A stretch of DNA of 64,000 nucleotides from Nocardioidaceae bacterium (GCA_039811985.1 JBDHZT010000005.1:3-64002), one strand, 5' to 3'; positions 49,881 to 60,723 are shown, counted from the stretch's first letter. Numbers and translations are program-made. Notes: generated by a model not told the origin, from the letters alone.

Positions 49881-51323
49881 GTGGATGTTCTCGACATCGC
49901 CCGGTGGCAGTTCGGCATCGTCACCGTCTATCACTTCTTGTTCGTGCCGCTGACCATCGGCCTGACCGCCCTCATCGCCATCCTCGAGACGATGTGGGTG
50001 CGCACCAACAAGCCGGAGTACCTCCGGCTCACCAAGTTCTTCGGCCGGCTGTTCCTCATCAACTTCGCCATCGGCGTCGCCACCGGCATCGTGCAGGAGT
50101 TCCAGTTTGGCATGAACTGGTCGGACTACTCCCGCTTCGTCGGCGACATCTTCGGCGCCCCGCTGGCCGTCGAGGGACTGCTCGCGTTCTTCCTCGAGTC
50201 GACCTTCCTCGGCCTGTGGATCTTCGGGTGGGACAAGCTCCCCCGCGCCCTGCACGCCACCACGATCTGGCTGGTGCACTTGGGCACCCTCGCCTCCTCC
50301 TGGTTCATCCTCGCGGCGAACTCCTGGATGCAGCACCCGGTCGGCTACACCTACAACCCCGACAGCGGACGCGCCGAGCTGACCGACTTCTGGGCAGTCA
50401 TGTTCAACAAGGTCCAGCTGGTGACGTTCCCGCACGTGGTGATGGCGGCGTACATGACCGCGGGCGCGTTCGTGCTCGGCATCGGTGCCTACCTCTACGT
50501 GCGCAAGGACAAGGAGCACGACCGGCCGCTCTACCTCAAGGCGATCCGGTTCGGCGCTGCGGTCTCGCTGATCGGCGGGCTGGGCGTGGCCATCACCGGC
50601 GACGTCCAGGGCAAGATCATGACCGAGGTGCAGCCGATGAAGATGGCGGCGGCCGAAGCGCTCTACGACACCGAGCAGCCCGCGTCGTTCTCGATCTTCA
50701 CCATCGGCACACCGGACGGTCAGACCGAGAAGTTCGCGATCAAGGTGCCGCGGCTGCTGTCCTTCCTGGCGACCGGCGACTGGAACGGCAAGGTCGAGGG
50801 CATCAACCAGCTCCGCGAGAAGTACATCGAGAAGTACGGCCAGGACCCGGGCGCCACCTACTACAGCGCCGGGGACTACGTGCCGGTGATCCCGGTGACC
50901 TACTGGTCCTTCCGGTTCATGATCGGGCTCGGCGTCCTAGTGGCCGCCGGCGCGGCGCTGATCTTGTGGCTGACCCGACGCGGTCGCGCGCCGACCAGCC
51001 CCTGGTTCGGCCGGTTCGGGATCCTGATGCCGATCGCCGCGGTGTTCGCCAGCTCCTGGGGTTGGCTGTTCACCGAGATGGGTCGCCAGCCCTGGGTCGT
51101 CTTCGGACTGATGACGACCGAGCACGGCGTCTCCCCCCGCGTCCCTGCCTACGAGGTGTGGACCTCGGTGACGGTCTTCACGCTGCTGTACGGCGTCCTC
51201 GCGGTCGTCGAGGTCGGCCTGCTCGCGAAGTACGTCAAGCGCGGCGCCGACCCGTTCGAAGAGCCGCCGGACGTGCCGCTCGGCGGTTCGGACGACGACG
51301 CCCCGCTGTCGTTCGCCTACTGA
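49881..51323 (+). CDS. cydA: Cytochrome bd ubiquinol oxidase subunit I
   Basis: ARWQF......H..F, QEFQFG.NW, QPMKMAAAE, E.GRQPW.V. Confidence 0.97.
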   Translation: MDVLDIARWQFGIVTVYHFLFVPLTIGLTALIAILETMWVRTNKPEYLRLTKFFGRLFLINFAIGVATGIVQEFQFGMNWSDYSRFVGDIFGAPLAVEGLLAFFLESTFLGLWIFGWDKLPRALHATTIWLVHLGTLASSWFILAANSWMQHPVGYTYNPDSGRAELTDFWAVMFNKVQLVTFPHVVMAAYMTAGAFVLGIGAYLYVRKDKEHDRPLYLKAIRFGAAVSLIGGLGVAITGDVQGKIMTEVQPMKMAAAEALYDTEQPASFSIFTIGTPDGQTEKFAIKVPRLLSFLATGDWNGKVEGINQLREKYIEKYGQDPGATYYSAGDYVPVIPVTYWSFRFMIGLGVLVAAGAALILWLTRRGRAPTSPWFGRFGILMPIAAVFASSWGWLFTEMGRQPWVVFGLMTTEHGVSPRVPAYEVWTSVTVFTLLYGVLAVVEVGLLAKYVKRGADPFEEPPDVPLGGSDDDAPLSFAY

Positions 51324-51339
51324 GAGGAACGAGACGACC

Positions 51340-52383
51340 ATGGAACTCACCACTGTCTGGTTCGCCCTCATTGCGATCTTGTGGATCGGCTACTTCGTCT
51401 TGGAGGGCTTCGACTTCGGGGTCGGCATGCTGCTGCCGATCCTGCCGAAGGACGAGAAGGAGCGCCGCGTCCTCTACAACACCATCGGCCCGACCTGGGA
51501 CGGCAACGAGGTGTGGGTGCTGGTCGCCGGCGGCGCGACCTTCGCGGCCTTCCCGGAGTGGTATGCCACCTTGTTCAGCGGCTTCTACCTCGCACTGCTG
51601 CTCATCCTGGTCGCGCTGATCGTGCGCAACCTGGCCTTCGACTACCGCGGCAAGCGAGACGACCCCACCTGGCGGAGCCGGTGGGACATGGCCGCGATCT
51701 TCGGGTCCTACGTGCCCGCGCTGCTGTGGGGTGTCGCGTTCGCCAACATCGTGGCGGGCGTGCCGATCGACGAGCACAAGGAGTTCACGGGCAACCTGTT
51801 CACCCTGCTGAACCCCTACGGCCTGCTCGGCGGACTGGTCACCCTGTCCCTCTTCCTCACCCATGGCGCGATGTTCTTGGCCCTCAAGACCGACGGCGAC
51901 ATCCGGCACCGTGCCCGGTCCCTCGCGGTCAGGCTCGGCCTGGTCGCCGCGGTGATTGCGGTGGTGTTCATCGTGTGGACGCTCGCGAAGTACGACTGGG
52001 AGATCATGCCGCTGCTGTTCTTCGCGGTGGCCGCCGTCGCCCTGCTCGCCGCGATCGGGATGGCCGCTCGGGGAAGCGAGGGCTGGGCCTTCATCGGCAC
52101 GGCGGTGACCATCGCCTGCGCAGTGGCCGGCTTGTTCTGGGCCCTGTTCCCAGCGGTGATGCCGTCGAGCACGGATCCGGCCTTCTCGCTGATGGCCTCC
52201 CACGACCCGGCCGTGGGGGTCTCCGCGGCCGCGACGCAGTACACCTTGAAGGTGATGACCTGGGTCGCCGTGGTCTTCACGCCGATCGTGCTCATCTATC
52301 AGGCCTGGACCTACTGGATCTTCCGCAAGCGGATCTCCACGCACCACATCCCCGACCCCGTCGGGGATACCGTGCAGGCCTGA
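51340..52383 (+). CDS. cydB: Cytochrome bd ubiquinol oxidase subunit II
   Basis: LEGFDFGVG, WDGNEVW, AFPEWYAT.FSGFY. Confidence 0.97.
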   Translation: MELTTVWFALIAILWIGYFVLEGFDFGVGMLLPILPKDEKERRVLYNTIGPTWDGNEVWVLVAGGATFAAFPEWYATLFSGFYLALLLILVALIVRNLAFDYRGKRDDPTWRSRWDMAAIFGSYVPALLWGVAFANIVAGVPIDEHKEFTGNLFTLLNPYGLLGGLVTLSLFLTHGAMFLALKTDGDIRHRARSLAVRLGLVAAVIAVVFIVWTLAKYDWEIMPLLFFAVAAVALLAAIGMAARGSEGWAFIGTAVTIACAVAGLFWALFPAVMPSSTDPAFSLMASHDPAVGVSAAATQYTLKVMTWVAVVFTPIVLIYQAWTYWIFRKRISTHHIPDPVGDTVQA

Positions 52384-55300
52384 TGCGGCCACTGGATCCA
52401 CGAGTCCTGATCCACCTCCGGCCAGCACGCCGAGCTCTCCTCGGGGTGCTGGCCGGAGGCACGCTGGGCGGTCTGCTCACCGTCGCCCAGGGCTTCGCCA
52501 TCGGCACGCTGGTGGTCCGGGTCGTCGATGGTGGGCACTGGCAGGGCGCCGCATGGTGCGTGCTGGCGATCACGGCGGCGCGGCTCGCGGCGTCGTACGT
52601 CGTCGACGTCGCCTCGGCCACCGCCGCCACCCAGGTGTCCTCGGCCCTGCGCCGACGGCTGCTGCGCGCGACCTTGGACCTCGACGCGCTCGCGCTCTCC
52701 CGCCGCCGGGCCGGCGAGCTGACCCTGCTGGCGACCCGCGGGATGGCGGCGGTGGAGCCCTACCTGACCCGCTATCTGCCGGCGATGGTGATGGCGGGCG
52801 TGCTGCCCGCGATCACGGTGCTGGCCCTGCTCCTGCTCGACTGGCAGGCCGGCCTGATCGTCCTGCTCACGCTGCCGCTGGTGCCGGTGTTCGCGATCCT
52901 GATCGGCCACGCCACCCAGGAGCGCGCCGACCGGCAGTGGCGACTGCTCGCTGTCCTCTCCGGGCACTTCCTCGACGTGGTGCGCGGCCTACCGACCCTG
53001 GTCGCCTTCCGGCGAGCCGAGGCGCAGGCCGCCTCGATCCGGGCCATCACCGACCGCTATCGGCGCGCCACCTTGGACACGCTTCGCATCGCGTTCGTCT
53101 CCTCCGGGGCGCTGGAACTGATCGCGACCCTCTCCGTCGCCCTGGTCGCCGTCGACGTCGGGCTCCGGCTCGCGGCCGGTCGGCTCGACTTCTGGACCGC
53201 GATGGTGGTGCTGCTGTTGGCTCCCGAGGCCTACTGGCCGCTGCGGCGGGTGGGTGCCGAGTTCCATGCCGCCGCCGAGGGCACGGCCGCCTTCGAGCAG
53301 GCCGATGCGCTGCTGGCGACCGAGCCGGCTCCGCAGGGTGACCCGATCACTCCTGGAGCGCCTATCACGCTCGACGGCCTCATCGTCCGCTATCCCGATC
53401 GCGCCACGGCGGCGCTCGACGACCTCACCGCGGTGCTCCCCTCCCCCGGGCTGACGGCCGTCGTCGGACCGTCTGGAAGCGGCAAGTCCACCCTGCTCGC
53501 CGCCCTGCTGGGCGAGCTCTCTCCCGACGCTGGTGAGGTGCGGATCGGCTCCACCTCGCTGGCCGGCGCCGACCTGGCCGGCTGGCGCACGCAGGTGGCC
53601 TGGTCGCCGCAGCGGCCGTGGCTCTTCTCCGGCTCGGTGGCGGACAACCTGCGAGTCGCCCGACCCGAAGCGACGGACGACGAGCTCCGTGCCGTGCTCG
53701 ACCGGGTCGCTCTGGGCGAGGTGGTCGCCGCCCTGCCGGCCGGACTCGGCACCGAGCTCGGCGAGGACGGCGCCGGACTCTCCGCCGGACAGCGGGCACG
53801 GCTGGCCCTCGCCCGAGTGCTGTTGGCCGAGCGCCCCTATGTCTTCTTGGACGAGCCCACCGCGCACCTGGACGAGGCCACCGAGGCGATCCTGCTCGAC
53901 GCGCTGCGGGACCTGAGCCGCCGCTCCTGTGTCGTCGTGGTCGCGCACCGACCGGCCGTGACGGAGGCCGCCACCCACGTGGTCACGCTCCCCTCTCAAG
54001 TCAGCCGGCGGTCCCCAGACCTGGCCGAGCCGGCGGCGACACCGGCCGCGCTCGACCTCTCGGGTTCCGACCGGGCTCCTGCTCAGACCGTTGCGAACGA
54101 AGCACCCCGCCGCAGCCGCTTCCGCGCGGGCGCCCGGACCGGCACCCTCCTGGGCACCCTGTCCGTCGTCTGTGGCGTCGCGCTGACGGCCACCGCGAGC
54201 TGGCTGATCACCCGCGCCTCGGAGCAGCCACCGGTGCTGGACCTGATGGTCGCGATCGTGGCGGTGCGCGCCTTCGGCCTGGGTCGCCCCGTGCTGCGCT
54301 ACGCCGAGCGGTTGGTCTCCCACGACGCGGCCCTGCGGTTGCTCGCCGAGCGACGCGCGGAGGTGTACGACGCGCTGGTCCCGCTGGTGCCCGGTCGACT
54401 GGGCACACGCCGGGGTGATCTGCTCAGCTCGGTCGTGGACGACGTCGACTCCCTTGTCGACCGTCAGCTCCGCGTCCGGCAGCCGGTGTGGACCGCGGTG
54501 TGGGTGGGTCTGTTGGCCGTCGTCCTGGCGGCCGCGCTCGATCCGCGGGCGGGCGCGACGGTGCTGATGGTCTGCCTCGTGGCCGCCCTCGGCTTCCCTG
54601 TCGCCCACCGTGGCGTCGCCGCTGCCGAGCCTGCCTTCGTGGCCGCGCGGGCCGGTCTGTCCGCCCGCGTCGAGCAGATCGTCAGCTCGGCCCGCGACCT
54701 GGTGCTCTGGGGCGCCGACAGCCGGGCCCTGGTCGACCTGGATGCCGCGAGCGCAGGGTTGGGGGCGGCGGCACGTCGATCCGCACGCGCGACGGCACTC
54801 GGTCGACTCCTGCCGATCGTCGCGGGCGGGTGCGGGGTGGCCGCCATCGCTGTCGTCGTGCCTCGTGGTGCGACGTCGGACGCGATGCTCGCCCTCCTGG
54901 TGCTGCTTCCACTCGCGTTGGTCGACGCCTTCGCCCCGCTCCCCGACGCCGGCGCCCTCGCCGTCCGCACCGCCGCGGCCCAGCGCCGCCTCGACGCACT
55001 CACCTCTCAGAGCCCGCTGGTGACCGGGCCGGTGGCTCCGGTGGCGGCCGACCTGACCCGTCCCGACGCCCGTGCCCGCGCCATCTCGGTGGGCTGGGGT
55101 GAGCAGGACGCCCTCACCGGCTTCTCCCTCGACCTTCCCGCGGGGGCGAGGGTCGGGCTGGTGGGCGCGTCGGGCACCGGGAAGTCGACCTATGCCGCGG
55201 TGATGATGCGCTTCCTCGACCCGCGCTCGGGCAGCCAGACGCTCGCCGAGGTCGACCTGCGCGAGCTCGCCTTCGGCGACCTCCGCGGTGCCACCGGGCT

Positions 55301-55694
55301 GGTCGACGACGACCCCCACGTCTTCGGCTCCACCGTGGTGGAGAACGTGCGGCTGGCCCGGCCGGACGCGAGCAACGAGGAGGTCCGCAAGGCCCTGGAC
55401 GCCGCCCACCTGGGCTCCTGGGTCGACTCGCTGCCTCGTGGCCTGGACACCCCGATCGGCGAGGGCAGCGCCCACGTGTCGGGAGGCGAGCGGGCCAGGA
55501 TCGCACTTGCGCGGGCCTGGCTGGCCGACCAGCCCGTGCTGGTCCTCGACGAGCCGACCGCCCACCTGGACTCCGACACCGCTCGCCGGGTCAGCGAGGA
55601 GATCCTCGGTGAGGAGCGCGGTCGCTCGATCGTCTGGATCACCCACGGCACCATCGGCCTGGACGCGATGGACCAGGTTGTGACGCTGCGTTGA
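52383..55694 (+). CDS. cydD: Fused CydD-CydC thiol/heme ABC exporter
   Basis: Two TMD+NBD halves in one frame (GPSGSGKS..LSAGQR; GASGTGKS..VSGGER); ATG overlaps the cydB stop. Confidence 0.93.
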   Translation: MRPLDPRVLIHLRPARRALLGVLAGGTLGGLLTVAQGFAIGTLVVRVVDGGHWQGAAWCVLAITAARLAASYVVDVASATAATQVSSALRRRLLRATLDLDALALSRRRAGELTLLATRGMAAVEPYLTRYLPAMVMAGVLPAITVLALLLLDWQAGLIVLLTLPLVPVFAILIGHATQERADRQWRLLAVLSGHFLDVVRGLPTLVAFRRAEAQAASIRAITDRYRRATLDTLRIAFVSSGALELIATLSVALVAVDVGLRLAAGRLDFWTAMVVLLLAPEAYWPLRRVGAEFHAAAEGTAAFEQADALLATEPAPQGDPITPGAPITLDGLIVRYPDRATAALDDLTAVLPSPGLTAVVGPSGSGKSTLLAALLGELSPDAGEVRIGSTSLAGADLAGWRTQVAWSPQRPWLFSGSVADNLRVARPEATDDELRAVLDRVALGEVVAALPAGLGTELGEDGAGLSAGQRARLALARVLLAERPYVFLDEPTAHLDEATEAILLDALRDLSRRSCVVVVAHRPAVTEAATHVVTLPSQVSRRSPDLAEPAATPAALDLSGSDRAPAQTVANEAPRRSRFRAGARTGTLLGTLSVVCGVALTATASWLITRASEQPPVLDLMVAIVAVRAFGLGRPVLRYAERLVSHDAALRLLAERRAEVYDALVPLVPGRLGTRRGDLLSSVVDDVDSLVDRQLRVRQPVWTAVWVGLLAVVLAAALDPRAGATVLMVCLVAALGFPVAHRGVAAAEPAFVAARAGLSARVEQIVSSARDLVLWGADSRALVDLDAASAGLGAAARRSARATALGRLLPIVAGGCGVAAIAVVVPRGATSDAMLALLVLLPLALVDAFAPLPDAGALAVRTAAAQRRLDALTSQSPLVTGPVAPVAADLTRPDARARAISVGWGEQDALTGFSLDLPAGARVGLVGASGTGKSTYAAVMMRFLDPRSGSQTLAEVDLRELAFGDLRGATGLVDDDPHVFGSTVVENVRLARPDASNEEVRKALDAAHLGSWVDSLPRGLDTPIGEGSAHVSGGERARIALARAWLADQPVLVLDEPTAHLDSDTARRVSEEILGEERGRSIVWITHGTIGLDAMDQVVTLR

Positions 55695-55734
55695 CCAGAC
55701 GGCTCTCGAGAGGAACGCCGCGGCCAGCAGTGGC

Positions 55735-56385
55735 ATGCTGCTGTCGGTGATCTGGGCGCTAGCGGGTGTGACGGGGGTGCTGGCCGTCGTCGACTGGGTG
55801 GCGGTGGCGCGTGACGATCGGCGCACCGAACAATGGGCCAAGCCGGCCACGCTGATCGCGCTCATTGCGGTCGCCCTCGCGGGCGGGGCGCTCGAGGCGG
55901 GCGCCGGCACGTGGCTCGTGGTCGCGCTCGTCTTCGGCCTCCTCGGTGACGTGATGCTGCTGGGCGACTCGGCGGCCAGGTTCCAGGCCGGCCTGGCGGC
56001 GTTCTTGGTCGGACACCTGGCCTACGTCGTCTGCTTCGTGGTCCTCGGGCTGCCGTCGCCCGCCTTGGCGGTGGCCGGAGTCGCGTTCGTCGTGCTGGCG
56101 CTCGGCGCCGGGCGGCAGGTGCTCCCGTCGGCCTACCGAAGCGAGGGCTGGGGCCTCGCGGTGCCGGTAGCGGCGTACATGCTGGTGATCTCGGCGATGG
56201 CGATCACGGCCTGGATGACCGGCGATCCGCGAGTGGCGCTGGGCGCGTCGGTCTTCGTCGCCAGCGACACCATCCTCGCCATGGACCGCTTCGTGCGCCC
56301 CCGGTCCTGGGCCCGGCCGGCGATCATGGTCACCTACCACTTGGGCCAGGCCCTGATCGTGTGGGGCGTGCTCGCGGCGAGCTGA
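55735..56385 (+). CDS. Lysoplasmalogenase (YhhN/TMEM86)
   Basis: KP, GD..LL, F..GL.AFL.GHLAY, F.ASD..LA, TY..GQ. Confidence 0.92.
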   Translation: MLLSVIWALAGVTGVLAVVDWVAVARDDRRTEQWAKPATLIALIAVALAGGALEAGAGTWLVVALVFGLLGDVMLLGDSAARFQAGLAAFLVGHLAYVVCFVVLGLPSPALAVAGVAFVVLALGAGRQVLPSAYRSEGWGLAVPVAAYMLVISAMAITAWMTGDPRVALGASVFVASDTILAMDRFVRPRSWARPAIMVTYHLGQALIVWGVLAAS

Positions 56386-56396
56386 CCCAGAGGCGC

Positions 56397-58088
56397 TCAG
56401 GCCTCGATGACGATCGGGATGATCATCGGCCGACGCCGATGGGCGTTGTTGACCCAGCGGCCGACCACACGGCGTACGTTCTGCTGAAGCTGGTGGGCGT
56501 CACTGACCCCATCCCGCAGGGCCGCGTCGAGGGTGTCGATGATGGGCTGCTTGATCTCGTCGAAAGCCGAGTCGTCCTCGGCGAACCCGCGGGCGTGGAT
56601 CTCCGGGCCGGCCGCGACCTTGCCGCTCACCGAGTCGACCACGACGATCACCGAGATGAAGCCCTCCTCGCCGAGGATCCGGCGGTCCTTCAGCGACATC
56701 TCCGCGACGTCGCCCACCGACGACCCGTCGACGAAGACGTAGCCGCAGTCGACCTTGCCGGCTATCTGCGCCCGGCCGTCGACCAGATCGACGACCACAC
56801 CGTCCTCGGCGACCACCACGTTCTCCGCGGGCACCCCGGTCGCCCGGGCCAGCTCGGCGTTGGCGCGCAGGTGGCGCGCCTCCCCGTGCACCGGCATCAC
56901 GTTGCGGGGGCGGACCACGTTGTAGCAGTAGAGCAGCTCGCCGGCGCTCGCATGGCCGCTGACGTGCACCAGCGCGTTGCCCTTGTGGACGACGTTCGCG
57001 CCGAGCCGGGACAGGCCGTTGATCACCCGATAGACGGCGCTCTCGTTGCCGGGGATCAGCGAGGAGGCCAGCACCACGGTGTCGCCCTCTTCGATGTTGA
57101 CGAAGCCGTGGTTGCGCTGCGCGATGCGAGCCAGCGCCGACAAGGGCTCGCCCTGGGACCCGGTCGAGACGAGCACCTGCTGGTCGGCCGGCAGATCGGC
57201 GAGCTGCTTGGCGTCGACCATCACGCCGGGCGGCACGGTGAGATAGCCCAGGTCTTGGGCGATGGCCATGTTGCGGACCATCGAGCGACCGACGTAGCCC
57301 ACCTTGCGGCCGTGCGCGACCGCGGCGTCGAGCACCTGCTGGACCCGGTGCACGTGGGAGGCGAAGCAGGCCACGATGATCCGCTGCTTGCTCTGGTGGA
57401 ACACCCGGTCGAGCACGGGTGCGATGTCGCGCTCGGGGGTGGTGAAGCCGGGCACCTCGGCGTTGGTGGAGTCGGTCAGGAAGAGGTCGACGCCCTCCTC
57501 GCCCAACCGGGCGAAGCCCCGGAGGTCGGTGATCCGGCCGTCCAGGGGCAGCTGGTCCATCTTGAAGTCGCCGGTGTGCAGCACCGTGCCCGCCGGAGTG
57601 CGGATGGCCACGGCCAGCGCGTCGGGGATCGAGTGGTTGACGGCGACGAACTCCAGGTCGAACGGGCCGAACTGCAGCCGGTCCCCCGCCTCGACCACGT
57701 GGCGCACCGTCTCCTTGAGCCGGTGCTCGCGCAGCTTGGAGGACAGCAGCGCGAGGGTGAGCTCGGAGCCCACCAGCGGGATGTCGTCGCGCTCGCGGAG
57801 GAGGTACGGCGCCGCGCCGATGTGGTCTTCGTGCCCGTGGGTGAGCACGAGGGCCTCGATGGCGTCGAGCCGGTCCCGGATCGACTCGAAGTCGGGCAGG
57901 ATCAGGTCGACTCCGGGGTGGTGCTCCTCGGGGAAGAGCACCCCGCAGTCGACGACGAGCAGCCGGCCGGCGTGCTCGAAGACCGTCATGTTGCGGCCGA
58001 TCTCGCCTAGGCCGCCCAAGGGGATGACCCGCAGACCCCCTTCCGCCAGTGGTGGTGCTTCGGGCAGCTCCGGGTGCGGGTGGCTCAA
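56397..58088 (-). CDS. rnj: Ribonuclease J
   Basis: GGLGEIGRNM, LTHGHEDHIG, HTGDFK, HVSGHA, PVHGE. Confidence 0.96.
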   Translation of the reverse strand: MSHPHPELPEAPPLAEGGLRVIPLGGLGEIGRNMTVFEHAGRLLVVDCGVLFPEEHHPGVDLILPDFESIRDRLDAIEALVLTHGHEDHIGAAPYLLRERDDIPLVGSELTLALLSSKLREHRLKETVRHVVEAGDRLQFGPFDLEFVAVNHSIPDALAVAIRTPAGTVLHTGDFKMDQLPLDGRITDLRGFARLGEEGVDLFLTDSTNAEVPGFTTPERDIAPVLDRVFHQSKQRIIVACFASHVHRVQQVLDAAVAHGRKVGYVGRSMVRNMAIAQDLGYLTVPPGVMVDAKQLADLPADQQVLVSTGSQGEPLSALARIAQRNHGFVNIEEGDTVVLASSLIPGNESAVYRVINGLSRLGANVVHKGNALVHVSGHASAGELLYCYNVVRPRNVMPVHGEARHLRANAELARATGVPAENVVVAEDGVVVDLVDGRAQIAGKVDCGYVFVDGSSVGDVAEMSLKDRRILGEEGFISVIVVVDSVSGKVAAGPEIHARGFAEDDSAFDEIKQPIIDTLDAALRDGVSDAHQLQQNVRRVVGRWVNNAHRRRPMIIPIVIEA

Positions 58089-58114
58089 ATGCTTCTCTTC
58101 TCTCGGATCAGGGC

Positions 58115-59014
58115 TCAGATGAGGTGGGCGGCGGCAAGGGCGGCCCCGAGGGCGGCGTACTCCTCGTCGTCGAGCGGCACCAGCGGGCCGCGCACGACGC
58201 GGTTGTCGAGCACGCCTAGGAGTTGCAGGGCGCCCTTCGCGGTGGTGGCGCCGTAGTTGGGCACGCCCATGATCGCGTCGATCACCGGCAGGCTCGCTCG
58301 GAAGGTCTCCAGCGCAGCCGCATGGTCACCCGCGGTGAACTGGTCGTGCATCGCACGCAGGGCAGGGCCACAGGCGTGGCCGGCGACCGACACGAAGCCC
58401 GAGGCGCCGTGGGCGAGCCAGCCAAGGTTGTTCGCGTCGTCACCGGAGTAGATCGCCAGGCCGGTGTCCCGCATGATCCGGACACCACGCGCGAAGTCAC
58501 CGACCGCGTCCTTGATCGCCACGACCTGGTCCCACTCCGCGGCACGGGCGTAGGTGTCCGGCGCGATGGTGGTGCCGGTGCGGCCCGGGACGTCGTACAG
58601 CATCACCGGCAGGTCGGATGCTGCGACGACGGTCCGGAAGTGCTCGAGCACGCCGGCCTGGGAGGGCTTGTTGTAGTACGGCGTCACGAGCAGCACGCCG
58701 TGTGCCCCGGTCTTCTCCGCCTGGCGGGCCAGCTCGACCGAGTGAGCGGTGGCGTTGGTGCCGACGCCCGCGACGACGGTGGCTCGGTCGCCGATCGCGT
58801 CCATCACCGCCCGCAGGATGAGGCCGTCCTCCTCCACGGTGGTCGTCGGCGACTCCCCGGTGGTGCCGGAGACGACGACGCCGTCGTGGCCGTGCGCGAC
58901 CAGATGCTCCGCGATCCGGGCAGTCCCCTCGGCGTCGACCGAGCCGTCCTCGTGGAACGCCGTCGCCATCGCGGTCAGCACGCGGCCGAAGGGAGCGCTG
59001 GGTGCGGACGTCAT
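58115..59014 (-). CDS. dapA: 4-hydroxy-tetrahydrodipicolinate synthase
   Basis: GTTGESPT, TPYYNKP, YDVPGRT, IKDA, SGDD. Confidence 0.96.
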   Translation of the reverse strand: MTSAPSAPFGRVLTAMATAFHEDGSVDAEGTARIAEHLVAHGHDGVVVSGTTGESPTTTVEEDGLILRAVMDAIGDRATVVAGVGTNATAHSVELARQAEKTGAHGVLLVTPYYNKPSQAGVLEHFRTVVAASDLPVMLYDVPGRTGTTIAPDTYARAAEWDQVVAIKDAVGDFARGVRIMRDTGLAIYSGDDANNLGWLAHGASGFVSVAGHACGPALRAMHDQFTAGDHAAALETFRASLPVIDAIMGVPNYGATTAKGALQLLGVLDNRVVRGPLVPLDDEEYAALGAALAAAHLI

Positions 59015-59113
59015 GGCCCCAGGCTAGCGGCTGCCAGGGGCTGGCTCGGACAACCCGGTCGCGATCTTCTGCGTCTTTCACTACGTGGGGATCGGATGCG
59101 GTTGGGTAGTCCC

Positions 59114-60250
59114 GTGACCAGGACGACTCGGCGCCTCGCTCTGAGCGTGCTCGCCTGCCTGCCGCTCCTGGTCCTCACGCCCGGCACCCCGGGCGCGGAC
59201 GCGCCCGAGCAGCAGCCGGGCATCACCCTCGCGGCCGAGACCGAGCCGAGCGCAGCGCCTTCGTCGGAGTCTTCCTCGGAACCTTCTTCTGAGCCTTCTT
59301 CTGGGCCGAGCACGCAGCCGGAGCGCCCGCGCACCCGGACGGTGACGGTCGCGATCAGCGGCGACATCCTCATCCACGACAACGTGTGGATGTCGGCGCA
59401 GCGCTTGGCCGCCCGCGAGGGCCACTCGGGCTTCGACTTCCGGCCGATGCTGGCCGACCTGAGACCGCTGGTCTCGGGCGCCGACCTGGCGCTGTGCCAT
59501 CTCGAGACTCCGCTGGCGCCACGCGGTGGGCCCTACTCGAGCTATCCGCTCTTCTCAGCGCCACCGCAGATCGCCGACGCCCTCGCCTGGGTGGGGTACG
59601 ACGGCTGCTCGACGGCTTCCAACCACACCGTCGACCAGGGCTTCGCCGGGATCGTGCGCACCCTGGACACGTTGGACCGGGTCGGGTTGCAGCACACCGG
59701 GTCGGCGCGCACCCCTGCCGAGGCGGCCAGGCAGGTGGTCTTCGACGTGCACGGCATGCGGATCGCCTGGCTCAGCTACACCTACGGCACCAACGGGATG
59801 CCCGTCGACGCCGACAAGCCGTGGTCGGTGAACCTGATCGACCCGGCTCGGATCGAGCGGGACGCCCACCGAGCCCGGGCCGCGGGCGCCGACGTCGTGC
59901 TGGTCGCGCTGCACTGGGGTGATGAGTACTCCACCACGCCCAGCGCCTATCAACGCGACCTGGCCGAGCGGCTGACCCGGGACAAGGACATCACCGCGAT
60001 CTACGGCCACCACGCCCACGTGGTCCAGCCGATCGAGCGCCTCCACGGCACCTGGGTGGTGTTCGGGCTCGGCAACCTGCTCGCCGGGCAACGGACCACG
60101 GCCCCCGGCGTCGACCGCGGCGAGGTCGTCGTACTCACCCTCCGGCAGCGCGGCGACGGACCCGTCCGCGTGCTCCGCCCCACCAGGCACCCGACCCAGA
60201 TCCTCGAGCACGGGCCGGACGGCGAGTTCTCCGTCCAGCTCCTCCGCTAG
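59114..60250 (+). CDS. CapA / PGA_cap family secreted metallophosphoesterase
   Basis: Signal peptide, Ser/Glu/Pro linker, GD..IH, HLETP, ASNH..D, LHWG.E, GHHAHV. Confidence 0.9.
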   Translation: MTRTTRRLALSVLACLPLLVLTPGTPGADAPEQQPGITLAAETEPSAAPSSESSSEPSSEPSSGPSTQPERPRTRTVTVAISGDILIHDNVWMSAQRLAAREGHSGFDFRPMLADLRPLVSGADLALCHLETPLAPRGGPYSSYPLFSAPPQIADALAWVGYDGCSTASNHTVDQGFAGIVRTLDTLDRVGLQHTGSARTPAEAARQVVFDVHGMRIAWLSYTYGTNGMPVDADKPWSVNLIDPARIERDAHRARAAGADVVLVALHWGDEYSTTPSAYQRDLAERLTRDKDITAIYGHHAHVVQPIERLHGTWVVFGLGNLLAGQRTTAPGVDRGEVVVLTLRQRGDGPVRVLRPTRHPTQILEHGPDGEFSVQLLR

Positions 60251-60723
60251 CGGCGCTCCAGCCAGCGCCAGGTGAAGTCGGCGTGCTCTTCACGGGCGGT
60301 CTCGTGCCACTCGGCGGGATCCCAGACCGGATAGAAGGTGTCGCCGTCGGGAACGTCGAGATCCACCTCGGTGAGCACCTGATGCGTGGCGACCGGCTGG
60401 GCCAGCGCATAGATCTGCGCACCGCCGGCCACCATCACATCGCCGGGTTGCTCGCGGGCCAGCGCCAGAGCCTCGTCGAAGGTGTGCGCCACCAGCACGC
60501 CGTCCGCCGACCAGTCCGGGTCGCGGGTGAGGACCACGGTGGTTCGGCCCGGGAGCGGTCGCCCGATGGAGTCGAAGGTGGCCCGGCCCATCAGCAGGGT
60601 GTGGCCCACCGTGGTGGCCTTGAAGTGCGCGAAGTCCTCGGGGATCCGCCACGGGATGTCGCCGTCCCGCCCGATCACGCCGTTGCGGGCGTACGCCGCG
60701 ATCAGGACTACCCGATCGGTCAT
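60247..60723 (-). CDS. folA: Dihydrofolate reductase
   Basis: NGVIG..G.IPW..PED..HFK..T.G...MGR.T..SIGRPLP.R. Confidence 0.95.
   Translation of the reverse strand: MTDRVVLIAAYARNGVIGRDGDIPWRIPEDFAHFKATTVGHTLLMGRATFDSIGRPLPGRTTVVLTRDPDWSADGVLVAHTFDEALALAREQPGDVMVAGGAQIYALAQPVATHQVLTEVDLDVPDGDTFYPVWDPAEWHETAREEHADFTWRWLERR

Noticed and set aside
51381-52382. N-terminal 334 aa of the 1437-aa ORF as part of CydDC
   Set aside because: It overlaps cydB out of frame; the real start is the ATG at 52383 coupled to the cydB stop. Similar over-extensions were trimmed for rimO, folA, capA, SPFH, HipA-like, DUF3037, nei and lhr.
58997-59014. Additional copies of the GGACGTCAT repeat (also 29565-29572)
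   Set aside because: Single arms that coincide with start codons (ATG ACG TC), with no inner GGTCG/CGACC stem or partner arm.
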